Source: Methanocellales archaeon (GTDB lineage Archaea; Halobacteriota; JAWCLZ01). Taken from it: a DNA stretch of 24,000 bases. Numbering within the stretch: position 1 is the stretch's first letter; every line of letters begins with the position of its first letter. The notes under the pieces are model-generated. The model did not search any database and was not told the DNA's origin. It worked only from the letters and a program-made list of their open reading frames with translations. This document shows, in pieces, positions 1 to 9,293 of this stretch. Location of the stretch: NCBI GenBank assembly GCA_038850285.1, contig JAWCMA010000002.1, forward strand, positions 43,773 to 67,772, written 5' to 3'. The position numbers were made by a program, and so were the translations under genes.

Positions 1-180
1 AGTTAAAAAAATCGCCTTTAGATTCATCATCCCGGTTTTCGCACGCATCATTTGCTGCTGCGTTCCCTCGCCGCAGTCGAATAAGATGAGCTCTCCTTTT
101 CGATTAATCAATATAGAGCTTGGGTTTCTCTCTGTTGTGGGAAGGGCACCTGCTGTACCTAGAAATGTTACTCGAAGCAT
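1..180 (-). CDS. rnz: Ribonuclease Z, N-terminal part (runs off the window start)
   Basis: Not in the ORF track. Manual translation from ATG 180 gives [60 protein letters not shown], with the RNase Z motifs FLGT, PT..RN and LFDCGEGTQ. Confidence 0.93.
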   Translation of the reverse strand, partial: MLRVTFLGTAGALPTTERNPSSILINRKGELILFDCGEGTQQQMMRAKTGMMNLKAIFLT

Positions 181-211
181 GCGTATTCTTAATGAAATGT
201 AGAGATATTTG

Positions 212-250
212 TAGCTTTTCGCTTCTAGCTTTAGCTTGTAGCTTTAGTTT
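212..250. repeat. Imperfect TAGCTT repeat cluster in the divergent rnz / ACT-V4R intergenic region
   Basis: TAGCTT at 212, 226, 232 and 239; TAGTTT at 245. Confidence 0.55.
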
Positions 251-289
251 CCCCAAAAATATTAATTACTTAGCAAAAAAATTAAATGG

Positions 290-1096
290 GTGAATATTTT
301 GCCACGTGAACTCGGGCTTTACTATGTCTCGAAGCCAGATTCTAAGCTTGCTTGGTTTAAATTTCAATTGAGAGATGAAAAAGGCGCGGTTGCTAGATGT
401 ATAAATGTCCTAGCTAAAAGAGGTGCTGATTTAGTCTTTGGATATTTCGAAGCAGTGGAGAGAGGTAAAACTGGGAAATACATTGCTCTTACTGAATTAA
501 AGAAAGAAGTTGATTTGAATAACTTGATCCAGAATTTAAAGAGCTTAGACGTTGTTCTAGATCTAGAGTACCATACAGCGGAAAAAGTGATTTTTCAAAC
601 CGCGGAATTCCCGCTTACCCTGCTCGGGAGCAGAGCATTTATAGCTCGTTCTGAAACCTTTGTGGATATGATGAGAACAATTGAGGAGAGCTCCCATAGA
701 TCAAGTGAATTAATTTTCCATTCAGGATTAAAATCAGGTATGAATGCTGCGAGCCATTTTTCCGAGAAGATAGGAGTAACAAGAGAAAATGCAATTGAAA
801 GCTTAATTGGACTTCTATCTGCAGCTGGCTGGGGCAAGCTAAGCATAGATATAGATCTCAATTCGCTCTCAGGTTATATATCAGTTAAGGATTCATTCAT
901 TGCAGACGCCTATGGAGCTGCTTCTTCACCTAAATGCAATTGGTTAAGCGGTTTCTTAAGCGGCTTTTTCACAGTGGTATTTAAGGAAGAGGTATTTGTA
1001 AAAGAAATGAAATGCAAAGCAGTTGAAGGGGATATATGCGTGCATCGAATGAGGCGCGCTAGAGATATAAAAAGAGGGGGAAGTGAGAGATTTTGA
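290..1096 (+). CDS. ACT domain + V4R (4-vinyl reductase) domain protein, putative small-ligand sensor
   Basis: N-terminal ACT-like segment (FQLRDEKGAVARCINVLAKRGADL). C-terminal V4R motifs GWGK, DSF, C..LSGFLSG and E.KC....DIC (putative Cys/Glu Zn site). Its stop overlaps the next start (TTGA, 1093-1096). Confidence 0.8.
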   Translation: MNILPRELGLYYVSKPDSKLAWFKFQLRDEKGAVARCINVLAKRGADLVFGYFEAVERGKTGKYIALTELKKEVDLNNLIQNLKSLDVVLDLEYHTAEKVIFQTAEFPLTLLGSRAFIARSETFVDMMRTIEESSHRSSELIFHSGLKSGMNAASHFSEKIGVTRENAIESLIGLLSAAGWGKLSIDIDLNSLSGYISVKDSFIADAYGAASSPKCNWLSGFLSGFFTVVFKEEVFVKEMKCKAVEGDICVHRMRRARDIKRGGSERF

Positions 1097-3003
1097 TAAG
1101 GCAGCCAAATGCAATTCTCGGGAACTCTCAAATTTTGGCATCAATTGGTTCTAGAGGCGAGCTCTTAGCATTTTTCTATCCTCGCATTGATTATGCTCAA
1201 AATATCGAGGAATCTCAAGCTGGTGTTTACTTTGAAGGGAAAATGCTATGGGTAAACGAGGAATGGGAATCAAAGCAAGTTTATTTAGAAGATACAAATA
1301 TTCTACATACCAATTTGCTTCATCCAGCGGGAATTAACATTGCAATTGAGGATATGGTTTTACCTGAGAAACCAGTGCTTGTGAGAAAATTTAAAATAAC
1401 TGCTCCCAGAAATTTAAGGGCGAAGTTCTTCTACTATGCAAATTTCGCAGTTGGAGAGCATAGAGGGAAGAACTCTGGATTTTGCGATTCTGGAATTATA
1501 GTACACTACTGGCAGCAAATCTACATTGGCCTAGCGAGCAATCCTGAATTTGAGGAGTGGCAGATTGGTAAAGCCCTAGACGCTGCTTGGTGGACAAATG
1601 CCAAGCTCGATTCAGAAGATGGTATGCTGAGGCGGAATAGAGAAGAGATAGGCTATGTGAATGCAAGTGCAAGTTGGAACCTCGATCTCCAGCGAGGTGG
1701 CGAGAGGGAAATAGTGCTATTTCTAATTGCCGCGCGCAATCGCTTTAACTTGAAGAATGAAATTCGAAGAATTAAGGAAATCCCATATGAAGAGTTACAT
1801 ACTAAAACCAAGAATTTCTGGCTTCATTGGATCTCAAGAGCCAGGGAACTTAAATTGAAAGAGTATCGAAATATTTATAAACGCTCCTTGCTTGTGCTAT
1901 CGCTTCTTAGGGATAAGCAATTTGGCAGCTTTATAGCTGCACCTGAGTTTGACCATTTCTTTGAAAAAAGCGGGGGATATGGCTATTGTTGGAATAGAGA
2001 TGCCACCTACATGGCTCTTGCCCTTAATGCAGCTGGTTATATTGAAGCAGGCGAATTTTTTGCAGGTTGGTGCAGAAAAATGCAGCTTGAGGATGGCTCT
2101 TGGTTTCAACGATACTGGGTAAATGGAGAGCTTGCACCAAGCTGGGGTAACTTTGATTTCTCAACTCAGCTTGATCAAGTTGGCTGCACGCTGCATTTTT
2201 ATCTCGAGCACGGGAGATATCTCACTGATGAGCGGAGATACTTTATATCGATATGGAGAAGCGTGGAGAGAGCCGCTGGATACATAATGAGGAGAACAGC
2301 CAGCGGCCTGCATGATACCTGTGCTGACCTCTGGGAGAGCCACTTTGGATCCTTTACTTACACCAATGCAGCGCTATATCGAGGCCTTCTTAGCGCAGCT
2401 GAAATCGCGAAGGCAATTGGAGAAAGCGAGCTGGCCGAGGAATGGCAAGCTAGGGCGAGGTTGATCAAGCGGGAGCTTTTAAATAAATTCTGGCTTGAGG
2501 AAGGCTATTTTGCTAGGGGAATAGTGGAGGGCAGGCTGGATAAAACTTATGATGCAAGTTTCCTAGGGCTGCTTGAGCCCTTTGAACTATTGGATTTAAG
2601 AAACAGTGAGGAGCGCTTCATGCTTGAGCATTCCATTCTTTTCATGGAAAAGAAACTTGGGATCTATGTGAATGGGGGAATAGGGATAAAGCGATTTGAA
2701 GGAGATGAATACATAGGCGGGAATCCTTGGACCATTACCACTCTCTGGTATGCCATTGTTCTTCTAAAACTCGCTGATTTTTACTGGAACAAGGATCAAA
2801 CTAAGGCAAGGAATTACTGGGAGAAAGCAGTTGCTTGCGTAGAATGGTGTCTGCGAGGGTGCACTAGCACTGGATTGATGCCTGAACAGGTTGATCGCTT
2901 CACGGGCAAACCCGCTTGGGCAATTCCAATTGGCTGGGCTCATGCCTTAGCAGTCAAATGCCTTATTTTAATGGAGGAATTAAGCCAAATTTTCTCTACC
3001 TAG
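1093..3003 (+). CDS. Glycoside hydrolase family 15 (glucoamylase/trehalase-like)
   Basis: IAAPE, YGYCWNRD, QLDQ, DLWE (catalytic acid region), GGNPW..TLW, G.MPEQVD (catalytic base region), PIGWAHA; N-terminus AILGN...FFYP.ID. Confidence 0.92.
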   Translation: MIRQPNAILGNSQILASIGSRGELLAFFYPRIDYAQNIEESQAGVYFEGKMLWVNEEWESKQVYLEDTNILHTNLLHPAGINIAIEDMVLPEKPVLVRKFKITAPRNLRAKFFYYANFAVGEHRGKNSGFCDSGIIVHYWQQIYIGLASNPEFEEWQIGKALDAAWWTNAKLDSEDGMLRRNREEIGYVNASASWNLDLQRGGEREIVLFLIAARNRFNLKNEIRRIKEIPYEELHTKTKNFWLHWISRARELKLKEYRNIYKRSLLVLSLLRDKQFGSFIAAPEFDHFFEKSGGYGYCWNRDATYMALALNAAGYIEAGEFFAGWCRKMQLEDGSWFQRYWVNGELAPSWGNFDFSTQLDQVGCTLHFYLEHGRYLTDERRYFISIWRSVERAAGYIMRRTASGLHDTCADLWESHFGSFTYTNAALYRGLLSAAEIAKAIGESELAEEWQARARLIKRELLNKFWLEEGYFARGIVEGRLDKTYDASFLGLLEPFELLDLRNSEERFMLEHSILFMEKKLGIYVNGGIGIKRFEGDEYIGGNPWTITTLWYAIVLLKLADFYWNKDQTKARNYWEKAVACVEWCLRGCTSTGLMPEQVDRFTGKPAWAIPIGWAHALAVKCLILMEELSQIFST

Positions 3004-4252
3004 AAGAATGACTTTTAATTGCCTCTTGATATACCTTAATGGTTTCCTTCGCAGTTTTATCCCAAGTGAAGTTATCAAGCACCCTAGCTCTGGCATTTTC
3101 ACCTAAGATTTTTCTAGTCACATCGATCTTCAAGAGTTCTATGGTGAATCTCGCGATATCGCTTGGATCGTATGGATTTATATGCGCTCCGCATCTATTC
3201 GTACCGCTTGGTATAACTTGCTCTCTTAAACCAGAGGTACCAGCTGCTCCTACTACAACTGGTTTGCCCATGCTCATTGCTTCAGTGCATACAATCCCAA
3301 AAGGCTCATATTTCGAGGGCAGCACCACCACATCGCTTGCTGCATAATGCAGGATTCTTTCCCCCTCGCTTACATATTTAAACTCAAGCACAGCGTGATT
3401 TTGAATACCCAAGCTTGCAACCATGTGTTTTATCATATCCTCTTGATCGCCTCTACCGAGGATAACGAGCTTAACATTTGGCACTTCTTTTAAAATCAAT
3501 GGCATGGCTTGAACTAGGCTATCTGCTCCTTTAACCCAAGTAAGCCGGCCGAGGAATAGTATCATAAGTTCATTTCTCTCAATTCCAATTGCTTCTTTGA
3601 ACCTTGAGATTTCTGCTTCCCCATATTTAGCTGGATTGTATTTCTCAGGGTCAACGCCATTGTATATCACTCGAATTTTCTTTTCATCATAGCCAAGCCT
3701 CATAAGCTCATCGCGCATGGCATAGCTCACAGTTATAATTAAATCTGCCTTATTAGCTGCGAGCCGCTCGATCTCCTTAATGGTGGGAGATCCATTCCAA
3801 GCTCTACCCTGCTCAGTGGAATGAAAGTGGAATACAAATGGTAAATTCAAGGCTTTTTTCACAATCAATGCTCCAATGGCAGAGAGCCAGTCATTGGCCA
3901 CGATTATATCAAAGCTTCGCTTTTCTTTCTTAATTAAGTCATTAAGCAGCTTTGTGGATGAAAGAAAATTATAGAGCATGGTTTCACAGAATAGCTCCCT
4001 CGCAGCTTCTGACCATTTCTTCACATCCTCAGAGATCATAAGCGGGAGAATATCAGTGGCATCCACCAATAGAGGTCTATGTACTTCTAAACCTGGAGAT
4101 CTATAAACCGTTGGATCATCTCCAGTATTCCTTGAGAAAATGGTTAAATTATGCCCGAATTTCATGAATTGCTTTGACATCTCCATGGCATAAGTACCAA
4201 GTCCCCCTCTGAAGAACGGCGGAAATTCATCTACGAAGTAGAGAATATCCAT
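2996..4252 (-). CDS. GT4 family glycosyltransferase, archaeal glycogen-synthase-like
   Basis: EFPPFFRGGLGTY, ANDW, HSTE.GR, YNGVD, GRL..VKG and PSKYEPFGIVCTEAM motifs. Substrate is inferred only from the adjacent GH15. Confidence 0.85.
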   Translation of the reverse strand: MDILYFVDEFPPFFRGGLGTYAMEMSKQFMKFGHNLTIFSRNTGDDPTVYRSPGLEVHRPLLVDATDILPLMISEDVKKWSEAARELFCETMLYNFLSSTKLLNDLIKKEKRSFDIIVANDWLSAIGALIVKKALNLPFVFHFHSTEQGRAWNGSPTIKEIERLAANKADLIITVSYAMRDELMRLGYDEKKIRVIYNGVDPEKYNPAKYGEAEISRFKEAIGIERNELMILFLGRLTWVKGADSLVQAMPLILKEVPNVKLVILGRGDQEDMIKHMVASLGIQNHAVLEFKYVSEGERILHYAASDVVVLPSKYEPFGIVCTEAMSMGKPVVVGAAGTSGLREQVIPSGTNRCGAHINPYDPSDIARFTIELLKIDVTRKILGENARARVLDNFTWDKTAKETIKVYQEAIKSHSSR

Positions 4253-4267
4253 ATTTCCACTCTCATA

Positions 4268-5281
4268 TTATCCATTTTTTCTACACTTAAACTCGATTTT
4301 CTTTCTATAATAACTCAGCGGATGTGTTATTGAACTGCAGATTTCATCTCTCTCGAAGCAATTGCCATAGGTCACCATGGTTGAGCAACTCGGGGAGGTA
4401 TATGCAGTGCCGCTTTTACCTGAGATATGCTCAACTTGATATCTAGTTTTTTCTTCATCGAAATCTGGAAGGACTTTAAAAACCTCTATAACTTCCTCAA
4501 CTTTCATGCCTATGTTGAGTAGAAAAGCAGTAAGCGCAAACCTCGCGGAATGCGGTAGATTTCTTCCAGCACTTGCACTTTTAATGAGAAAAGCCATGCA
4601 GGGGGGAAAGCACTCGATTTCCACGCTTGTCAGCTTCGCATGTTCATAGCGCGATTTCAGCTTGAGTAGTCTCGCGCTAACTTCATTTACCTCGCTACCG
4701 AGGAACTTGCTTAGTTCTTCGGGCACTTCTAGTGGAAGGGAATCTTGAATTTTTCTGCGAATGGCCTCTTGCAGGAGCCTAGCGAGTTCATTCTTGGAGA
4801 TCCCGACTTTACTTGACTGAAGCCTTCTATTGACTAGCTTCCACTTGGTATCTCGAATTCCACTTGCCAGTCGCAAGTATATGGGGAAGGGGAGGTAAAA
4901 TTGAGAATTCCAAATAACTTTTATTTTCAAATCCTCGCAAATTTCTTTAAGAACATCGCTTTCTTCTTCTTTTAAATATAGATAAGCAGCTTTAGCCTCG
5001 GCAAGTGCATATCTGCGGGTTAAATAGGGATCGTTTAAGATGGATATAATTATCCTCGCAATTGGATATGAATAGAGTTCCACTTCCATATGGATTTCTT
5101 CTTTAAAACTCGGTTTTTTGATCTCTCCCTCAAGTGCTTGGAGTATTCTCTCCACAGCTCTTTCTCTAACTTTTTTCGCAAAATAATCATCTGTTAATAA
5201 ACTTTCAATTTTCTTGCTGGATTGCTTCACATATTCATGAACCTTGCTAGTGAAGGGATATTTCGCTAGGAATGGAAGCAT
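4268..5281 (-). CDS. priL: DNA primase large subunit
   Basis: KYPF, SYPIARI, RRYALAEAK, WKLVNR, FPPCM, H..RFAL, DFDE..TRYQVEHI.G and PSC..M...G.C (FeS domain). ATG 5281 directly after the pcn stop is preferred to TTG 5296. Confidence 0.95.
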   Translation of the reverse strand: MLPFLAKYPFTSKVHEYVKQSSKKIESLLTDDYFAKKVRERAVERILQALEGEIKKPSFKEEIHMEVELYSYPIARIIISILNDPYLTRRYALAEAKAAYLYLKEEESDVLKEICEDLKIKVIWNSQFYLPFPIYLRLASGIRDTKWKLVNRRLQSSKVGISKNELARLLQEAIRRKIQDSLPLEVPEELSKFLGSEVNEVSARLLKLKSRYEHAKLTSVEIECFPPCMAFLIKSASAGRNLPHSARFALTAFLLNIGMKVEEVIEVFKVLPDFDEEKTRYQVEHISGKSGTAYTSPSCSTMVTYGNCFERDEICSSITHPLSYYRKKIEFKCRKNG

Positions 5282-5282
5282 T

Positions 5283-6023
5283 CTAATCTGTTTCAATTCT
5301 AGGAGCTATCAAATAGCTCACTGTACCATTGCCATTTGCTATTTCAAAATCAAATTTCACTGGATAATCCTTGCCGAGTGAAATTGTAACCTCCCTAGCC
5401 TTTGCAATTGCTTTGCTCACATCGCTTAAGTAATCTAAGGAGAAGAGAGATCGCACATCGCCAGCACTGGTTAGGCTTATGAGCTTATCTTTTGTAATTT
5501 CAAGGCGAACTTTATCGGTATCACCCTCTGCCTCCATGTAGAAGATATCGCCTTTGACTCCAAGTGCCATGTGGTCTCCGATCTTCTCACTAGCCTTAAC
5601 GGCTCGGCGAAGCTCAGCGCCATCGACCACTATCCTCGCAGGAAGCTCTAAATTTGGCACCTTTGGCTCTTTTCTAATTGTCGAGGGATCAAGGAGGGAA
5701 AGAGTGTAGGTAAGCCCCCCAATTTTTATCTTTAGTTTGTGAGCCACTTCATCGAGTTCAAGTTCTACCAGATCACCCTTCTCAGCCATTCCAAGTATAT
5801 CGCCCAGTTTAATGAGATCGATTCCAATTTCTCCCTCTGTGCTTTCATATGATGCAAAAGATTGAGAGCTTAAGGTAAAAGAAACCATCGCGACATTCGC
5901 GGGATCAACAGCTCTAAGAGCAATTCCATCTTTACCCAGCTTGAATTTAGCTTCATCAACAAGTGTAGCGATTGCCTCAATTGAGTCCTTTAAAACATCT
6001 GCTTCAATAACAGCTTTAAACAT
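5283..6023 (-). CDS. pcn: PCNA sliding clamp
   Basis: MFKA, LVDEAKF, AVDPANVAMV, SLFSLDYL, LGKDYP, YLIAPRIE. ATG 6023 is preceded by GGAGAGGAGG; the ORF track start 6038 is probably too long. Confidence 0.96.
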   Translation of the reverse strand: MFKAVIEADVLKDSIEAIATLVDEAKFKLGKDGIALRAVDPANVAMVSFTLSSQSFASYESTEGEIGIDLIKLGDILGMAEKGDLVELELDEVAHKLKIKIGGLTYTLSLLDPSTIRKEPKVPNLELPARIVVDGAELRRAVKASEKIGDHMALGVKGDIFYMEAEGDTDKVRLEITKDKLISLTSAGDVRSLFSLDYLSDVSKAIAKAREVTISLGKDYPVKFDFEIANGNGTVSYLIAPRIETD

Positions 6024-6070
6024 CTTCCTCCTCTCCATCAGTCAAAATCAAAATACAATAGACAGATACT

Positions 6071-6087
6071 TAGTTATATTTTTCGCT
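6071..6087 (-). promoter_or_regulatory. Putative BRE-TATA for pcn-priL-GT4
   Basis: Minus strand reads AGCGAAAAATATAACTA (purine-rich BRE then TATAA), about 50 nt upstream of the pcn ATG. Confidence 0.5.
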
Positions 6088-6096
6088 TGCCTTTTA

Positions 6097-6126
6097 AATT
6101 GTTTAATTGTTTAATTGTTTAATTGT
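6097..6126. repeat. 8-bp tandem repeat (AATTGTTT) x3.75 over the tfs stop codon
   Basis: AATTGTTT at 6097, 6105 and 6113, then AATTGT at 6121. Confidence 0.85.
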
Positions 6127-6439
6127 ATTCCCGCCAGGTTTTCTTGCACTTTGTGCAGCGGAAGAAGCGTACCTCGCTTTCATCACTCCTCCGAAGCTGG
6201 CGCATCCACCAGTAGGCTTCTGAGTTGCCGCATTCAGGGCATTTTGCGTTAACCACTGGCAGTGCGGTGAATTCATCCTCGATTAAACGCTGTATTTTTT
6301 CACGCCTCTCAGTCTTGGAGATGTAGTGATTATCATTATATGGTATTTCCTCTCCGCATTTTCTACATCGATATAGCTTGAGTTCTCCTTCTCTCACTGG
6401 CAGCATGAGGCTTTTGCATTTGGGGCAGAATTCCACCAT
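6119..6439 (-). CDS. tfs: Transcription elongation/cleavage factor TFS (RpoM/TFIIS-like)
   Basis: Two Zn ribbons (FCPKC..CRKC; CPEC..CTKC) and the acidic DE hairpin (QLRRSDESE). ATG 6439 is preceded by AAGGTG. Confidence 0.93.
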   Translation of the reverse strand: MVEFCPKCKSLMLPVREGELKLYRCRKCGEEIPYNDNHYISKTERREKIQRLIEDEFTALPVVNAKCPECGNSEAYWWMRQLRRSDESEVRFFRCTKCKKTWREYN

Positions 6440-6522
6440 AGACACCTTAGAATAAATAAATTGTAAAATAATTGAGTTAATTGCTTATAAGCTTGATGGT
6501 CTTCATCTTCATGTCCTCATTT

Positions 6523-7146
6523 CTATCTCCTCACGCTTACCCTTCCTTTGCTTTCAACTAGTTTTAAACCAAGCTCGCGGAGATATTCTGCAGCTTCTCC
6601 TCTGCCGTGGATTAAAAGCTCAGCGATATCCCAGACTTCATCGATATCGCATGCGGTGAAGAATGAATCATAGGCTTTAAAAGATAGCCCTGCTTCCATA
6701 GCGATTTTTTTATGCTTCAAATAGCTTATTTCATAGTAATCAGCTCTAAACTTAGAGGGCTGTCTAACTAGCATTACATTAGTACCCCCTCCCTTTCCAA
6801 AAGCTATGACTACATCTTCCTTGCAAGCAATGATTTCATCTATATGCTCCGCTTGAATCAAAGGTAAATCTGCCATTACAATTAAAACCGCTTCCTTTGC
6901 TTTTGCAAATTGCTCGTTAATGGCTTCATTTAAGCCTTTATCACTAACCTCAATCTCAACTTCAATATCCCCTAACCCTTCTCTACTCATGGCGAGGACT
7001 TTAACTTCACTTACCTTTGATTTCTTCAGTGCCTTTATCACATCCTTGAGCATCGCTATGGCAAATTTTTCCCTCTCCTCTTGATTGAAGAAGGGAGCCA
7101 GTCTTGATTTAGCATTTTGCTTTTTAAATGGTATAATTGCCCTCAT
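6523..7146 (-). CDS. cofC: 2-phospho-L-lactate guanylyltransferase (F420 biosynthesis)
   Basis: MRAIIPFK..NAKSRL, AMLKDV, GLNEA, MADLPL, GGGTN, S...H and DIDE..D; adjacent to cofG/cofH. Confidence 0.95.
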   Translation of the reverse strand: MRAIIPFKKQNAKSRLAPFFNQEEREKFAIAMLKDVIKALKKSKVSEVKVLAMSREGLGDIEVEIEVSDKGLNEAINEQFAKAKEAVLIVMADLPLIQAEHIDEIIACKEDVVIAFGKGGGTNVMLVRQPSKFRADYYEISYLKHKKIAMEAGLSFKAYDSFFTACDIDEVWDIAELLIHGRGEAAEYLRELGLKLVESKGRVSVRR

Positions 7147-7149
7147 CTT

Positions 7150-7176
7150 ATCACTAACATAAAGCCTATTAGTGAT
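7150..7176. promoter_or_regulatory. Inverted repeat ATCACTAA-N11-TTAGTGAT in the cofC/cofG divergent spacer
   Basis: Perfect 8-bp arms at 7150-7157 and 7169-7176 in a 50-bp intergenic region. Regulatory role is inferred. Confidence 0.4.
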
Positions 7177-7196
7177 CAGTATATTTTATTGCGACT

Positions 7197-8279
7197 ATGA
7201 ATGATATTAGTATAAAAAGACGTGCCTTTCAAATTTTAGAGATGCCCGAGGAAAAACTAATTCTTAGGCCAAGCTATGTTTCTTATTCGCGGAATGTTTT
7301 CATTCCCCTTACCAATGTATGTAGAAATAGATGCAGCTACTGTGGATTTAGAAGAGATATTAAAAGCAGCGAGGCATATCTCCTTGCTCCTGAAGAAGTA
7401 ATTTCCATTTTCAAGCGAGGTAGAAAAACTGGCGCTACTGAAGCTCTTTTTACATTTGGAGAGCTACCTGAGCTGATTCCTGAGTTCAAAGAATGGCTAA
7501 GTAGACTGGGCTATACCAAAACCGTGGACTACCTCTATGACCTATGCAAACTAGCGCTTGAATATGGCCTGCTGCCGCATTCCAACCCGGGTATAATAAG
7601 CTTTAATGACATGAAAAAACTTAAATCAATGAATGCCAGCATGGGCTTAATGCTGGAAACAACTGCAAAACTCAAAGCCCATCGCCTGAGCCCAGGTAAG
7701 GCACCGGAAGTGAGACTTCAAGTTATTGAAAACGCGGGCAAGCTTCAAATTCCATTTACAACTGGGCTATTGATTGGAATAGGTGAAACTTGGGAGGATA
7801 GAGTGGATTCGCTGCTTGCAATACGCAAGCTTCACAATCAATATGATAATATTCAGGAAGTAATAATTCAAAACTTTGTGCCTAAGCCAGGCACTGAAAT
7901 GAGCAATCAGCTACCCCCTGATCTCGAAACTATGAAGAGAACTGTGATACTTGCAAGAGCAATACTGCCGCCTGAGATAGCAATTCAAGTGCCTCCGAAT
8001 ATCTTTCCATACTCTCTGGTTAAATATGGCGCAAATGACTTCGGAGGCATTTCAGAGGTAACAATTGACTATATAAATCCAGAGGCAGCTTGGCCAATGC
8101 TGATCGAACTTAAGCGTCTTGCGAATGGCCTTCCTTTGAGGGAGAGACTGCCAGTTTATCCGCGCTTTGTAAAGCGCAAGTGGTATGGCGATGAAACTAG
8201 AGAGTTGGTCGAGAAATTAGCAGATGAAGAGGGATTCCGATCAAATGAAACTCAATTGCAATTCAAAGCAGGAAGTTAA
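7197..8279 (+). CDS. cofG: FO synthase subunit CofG (radical SAM)
   Basis: [21 protein letters not shown] (CxxxCxxC), [70 protein letters not shown]. Confidence 0.96.
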   Translation: MNDISIKRRAFQILEMPEEKLILRPSYVSYSRNVFIPLTNVCRNRCSYCGFRRDIKSSEAYLLAPEEVISIFKRGRKTGATEALFTFGELPELIPEFKEWLSRLGYTKTVDYLYDLCKLALEYGLLPHSNPGIISFNDMKKLKSMNASMGLMLETTAKLKAHRLSPGKAPEVRLQVIENAGKLQIPFTTGLLIGIGETWEDRVDSLLAIRKLHNQYDNIQEVIIQNFVPKPGTEMSNQLPPDLETMKRTVILARAILPPEIAIQVPPNIFPYSLVKYGANDFGGISEVTIDYINPEAAWPMLIELKRLANGLPLRERLPVYPRFVKRKWYGDETRELVEKLADEEGFRSNETQLQFKAGS

Positions 8280-9273
8280 AAAACTGCTTAAGCTGAAATC
8301 ATTTGAGCTATTCAACTTGGCAGATAAACTGCGGGAGGAACTGGTAGGTGAAATTGTAACTTATGTTATTAATCGAAATATAAATTTCACAAATATCTGC
8401 CTAGCTAAATGCAAATTCTGCGCTTTCCACTCTCAAGTTGGAGATGGCTTTTTTTTAAGTATTGAGGAAATTTTGAGAAAAGTGGAGGAAGCAATAAAGC
8501 TAGGTGCAACTGAGGTATGCATCCAAGGCGGTTTATACCCCGGGATGAAAGTTGAAGATTACTGCAATATAATTAGAGCAATTAAAGAGAACTATGATAT
8601 TCACATCCACGCCTTCTCGCCCATGGAAGTTTGGCACGCGGCTCGAAATTCCAAGACCTCTGTGGAGAACACTCTTCGAATTTTAAAACAAAATGGCCTT
8701 GATTCAATGCCTGGCACTGCCGCAGAGATATTGAACGATCGCATAAGAAGAGAGATATGTCCTAGAAAGCTTAAAACCCAAGAGTGGATTGCAATCGTGA
8801 AAAAAGCCCATGAACTAGGAATTCCCACAACCGCTACAATGATGTATGGTCACGTTGAGAGCATTGAAGATAGAATAGCTCATATGTTTTTAATTCGAAA
8901 GCTTCAGCAAGAAACTCGTGGCTTTACTGAATTCATCCCTCTTACATTTATGTCAAAGAACAACCCATTGGGTAAAAAATCCCCAGGTGCCAGCGGTCTC
9001 GAGGACCTAAGAGTAATAGCATTAGCTAGGCTTATCTTCGCTTGCGATCTTAAAAATATTCAAGCCTCTTGGGTAAAACTGGGAGTAAAGCTAGCTCAAG
9101 TTGCCCTGCATTGTGGAGCAAACGACCTCGGGGGAACATTAATGGAGGAAAATATTTCAAAATCAGCTGGAGCTAAAACCGGGGAATATTTATCTCCGCA
9201 GGAGTTTGTACAGTTAATTAAAGCAGCTGGTAGAGTGCCTAGGCAAAGGAACACTTTATATGAGCTCCTTTAA
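8245..9273 (+). CDS. cofH: FO synthase subunit CofH (radical SAM)
   Basis: [15 protein letters not shown]...[77 protein letters not shown]. The start could be ATG 8245 or 8224; both overlap the cofG end. Confidence 0.95.
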   Translation: MKLNCNSKQEVKKLLKLKSFELFNLADKLREELVGEIVTYVINRNINFTNICLAKCKFCAFHSQVGDGFFLSIEEILRKVEEAIKLGATEVCIQGGLYPGMKVEDYCNIIRAIKENYDIHIHAFSPMEVWHAARNSKTSVENTLRILKQNGLDSMPGTAAEILNDRIRREICPRKLKTQEWIAIVKKAHELGIPTTATMMYGHVESIEDRIAHMFLIRKLQQETRGFTEFIPLTFMSKNNPLGKKSPGASGLEDLRVIALARLIFACDLKNIQASWVKLGVKLAQVALHCGANDLGGTLMEENISKSAGAKTGEYLSPQEFVQLIKAAGRVPRQRNTLYELL

Positions 9274-9293
9274 GGGAAAAAAGTGCTAGAGAT

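Noticed and set aside
2996-4252. GT4 as trehalose synthase TreT
   Set aside because: It lacks the TreT N-terminal NST..GGGVAE motif.
6119-6439. TFS as an inhibitory TFS4-like paralog because of RRSDE instead of RSADE
   Set aside because: The catalytic DE pair is retained and the gene sits in the usual tfs-pcn-priL context.
6483-6492. Perfect palindrome GCTTATAAGC
   Set aside because: Short and explained as the probable TATA box of tfs.
7149-7177. Thermococcales glycolytic motif (TATCAC-N5-GTGATA)
   Set aside because: The half-sites resemble it, but the spacing is 17 nt and the genes are not glycolytic.
8449-8456. T8 homopolymer in cofH as a phase-variation or frameshift site
   Set aside because: The reading frame is intact and the run is unremarkable at this AT content.
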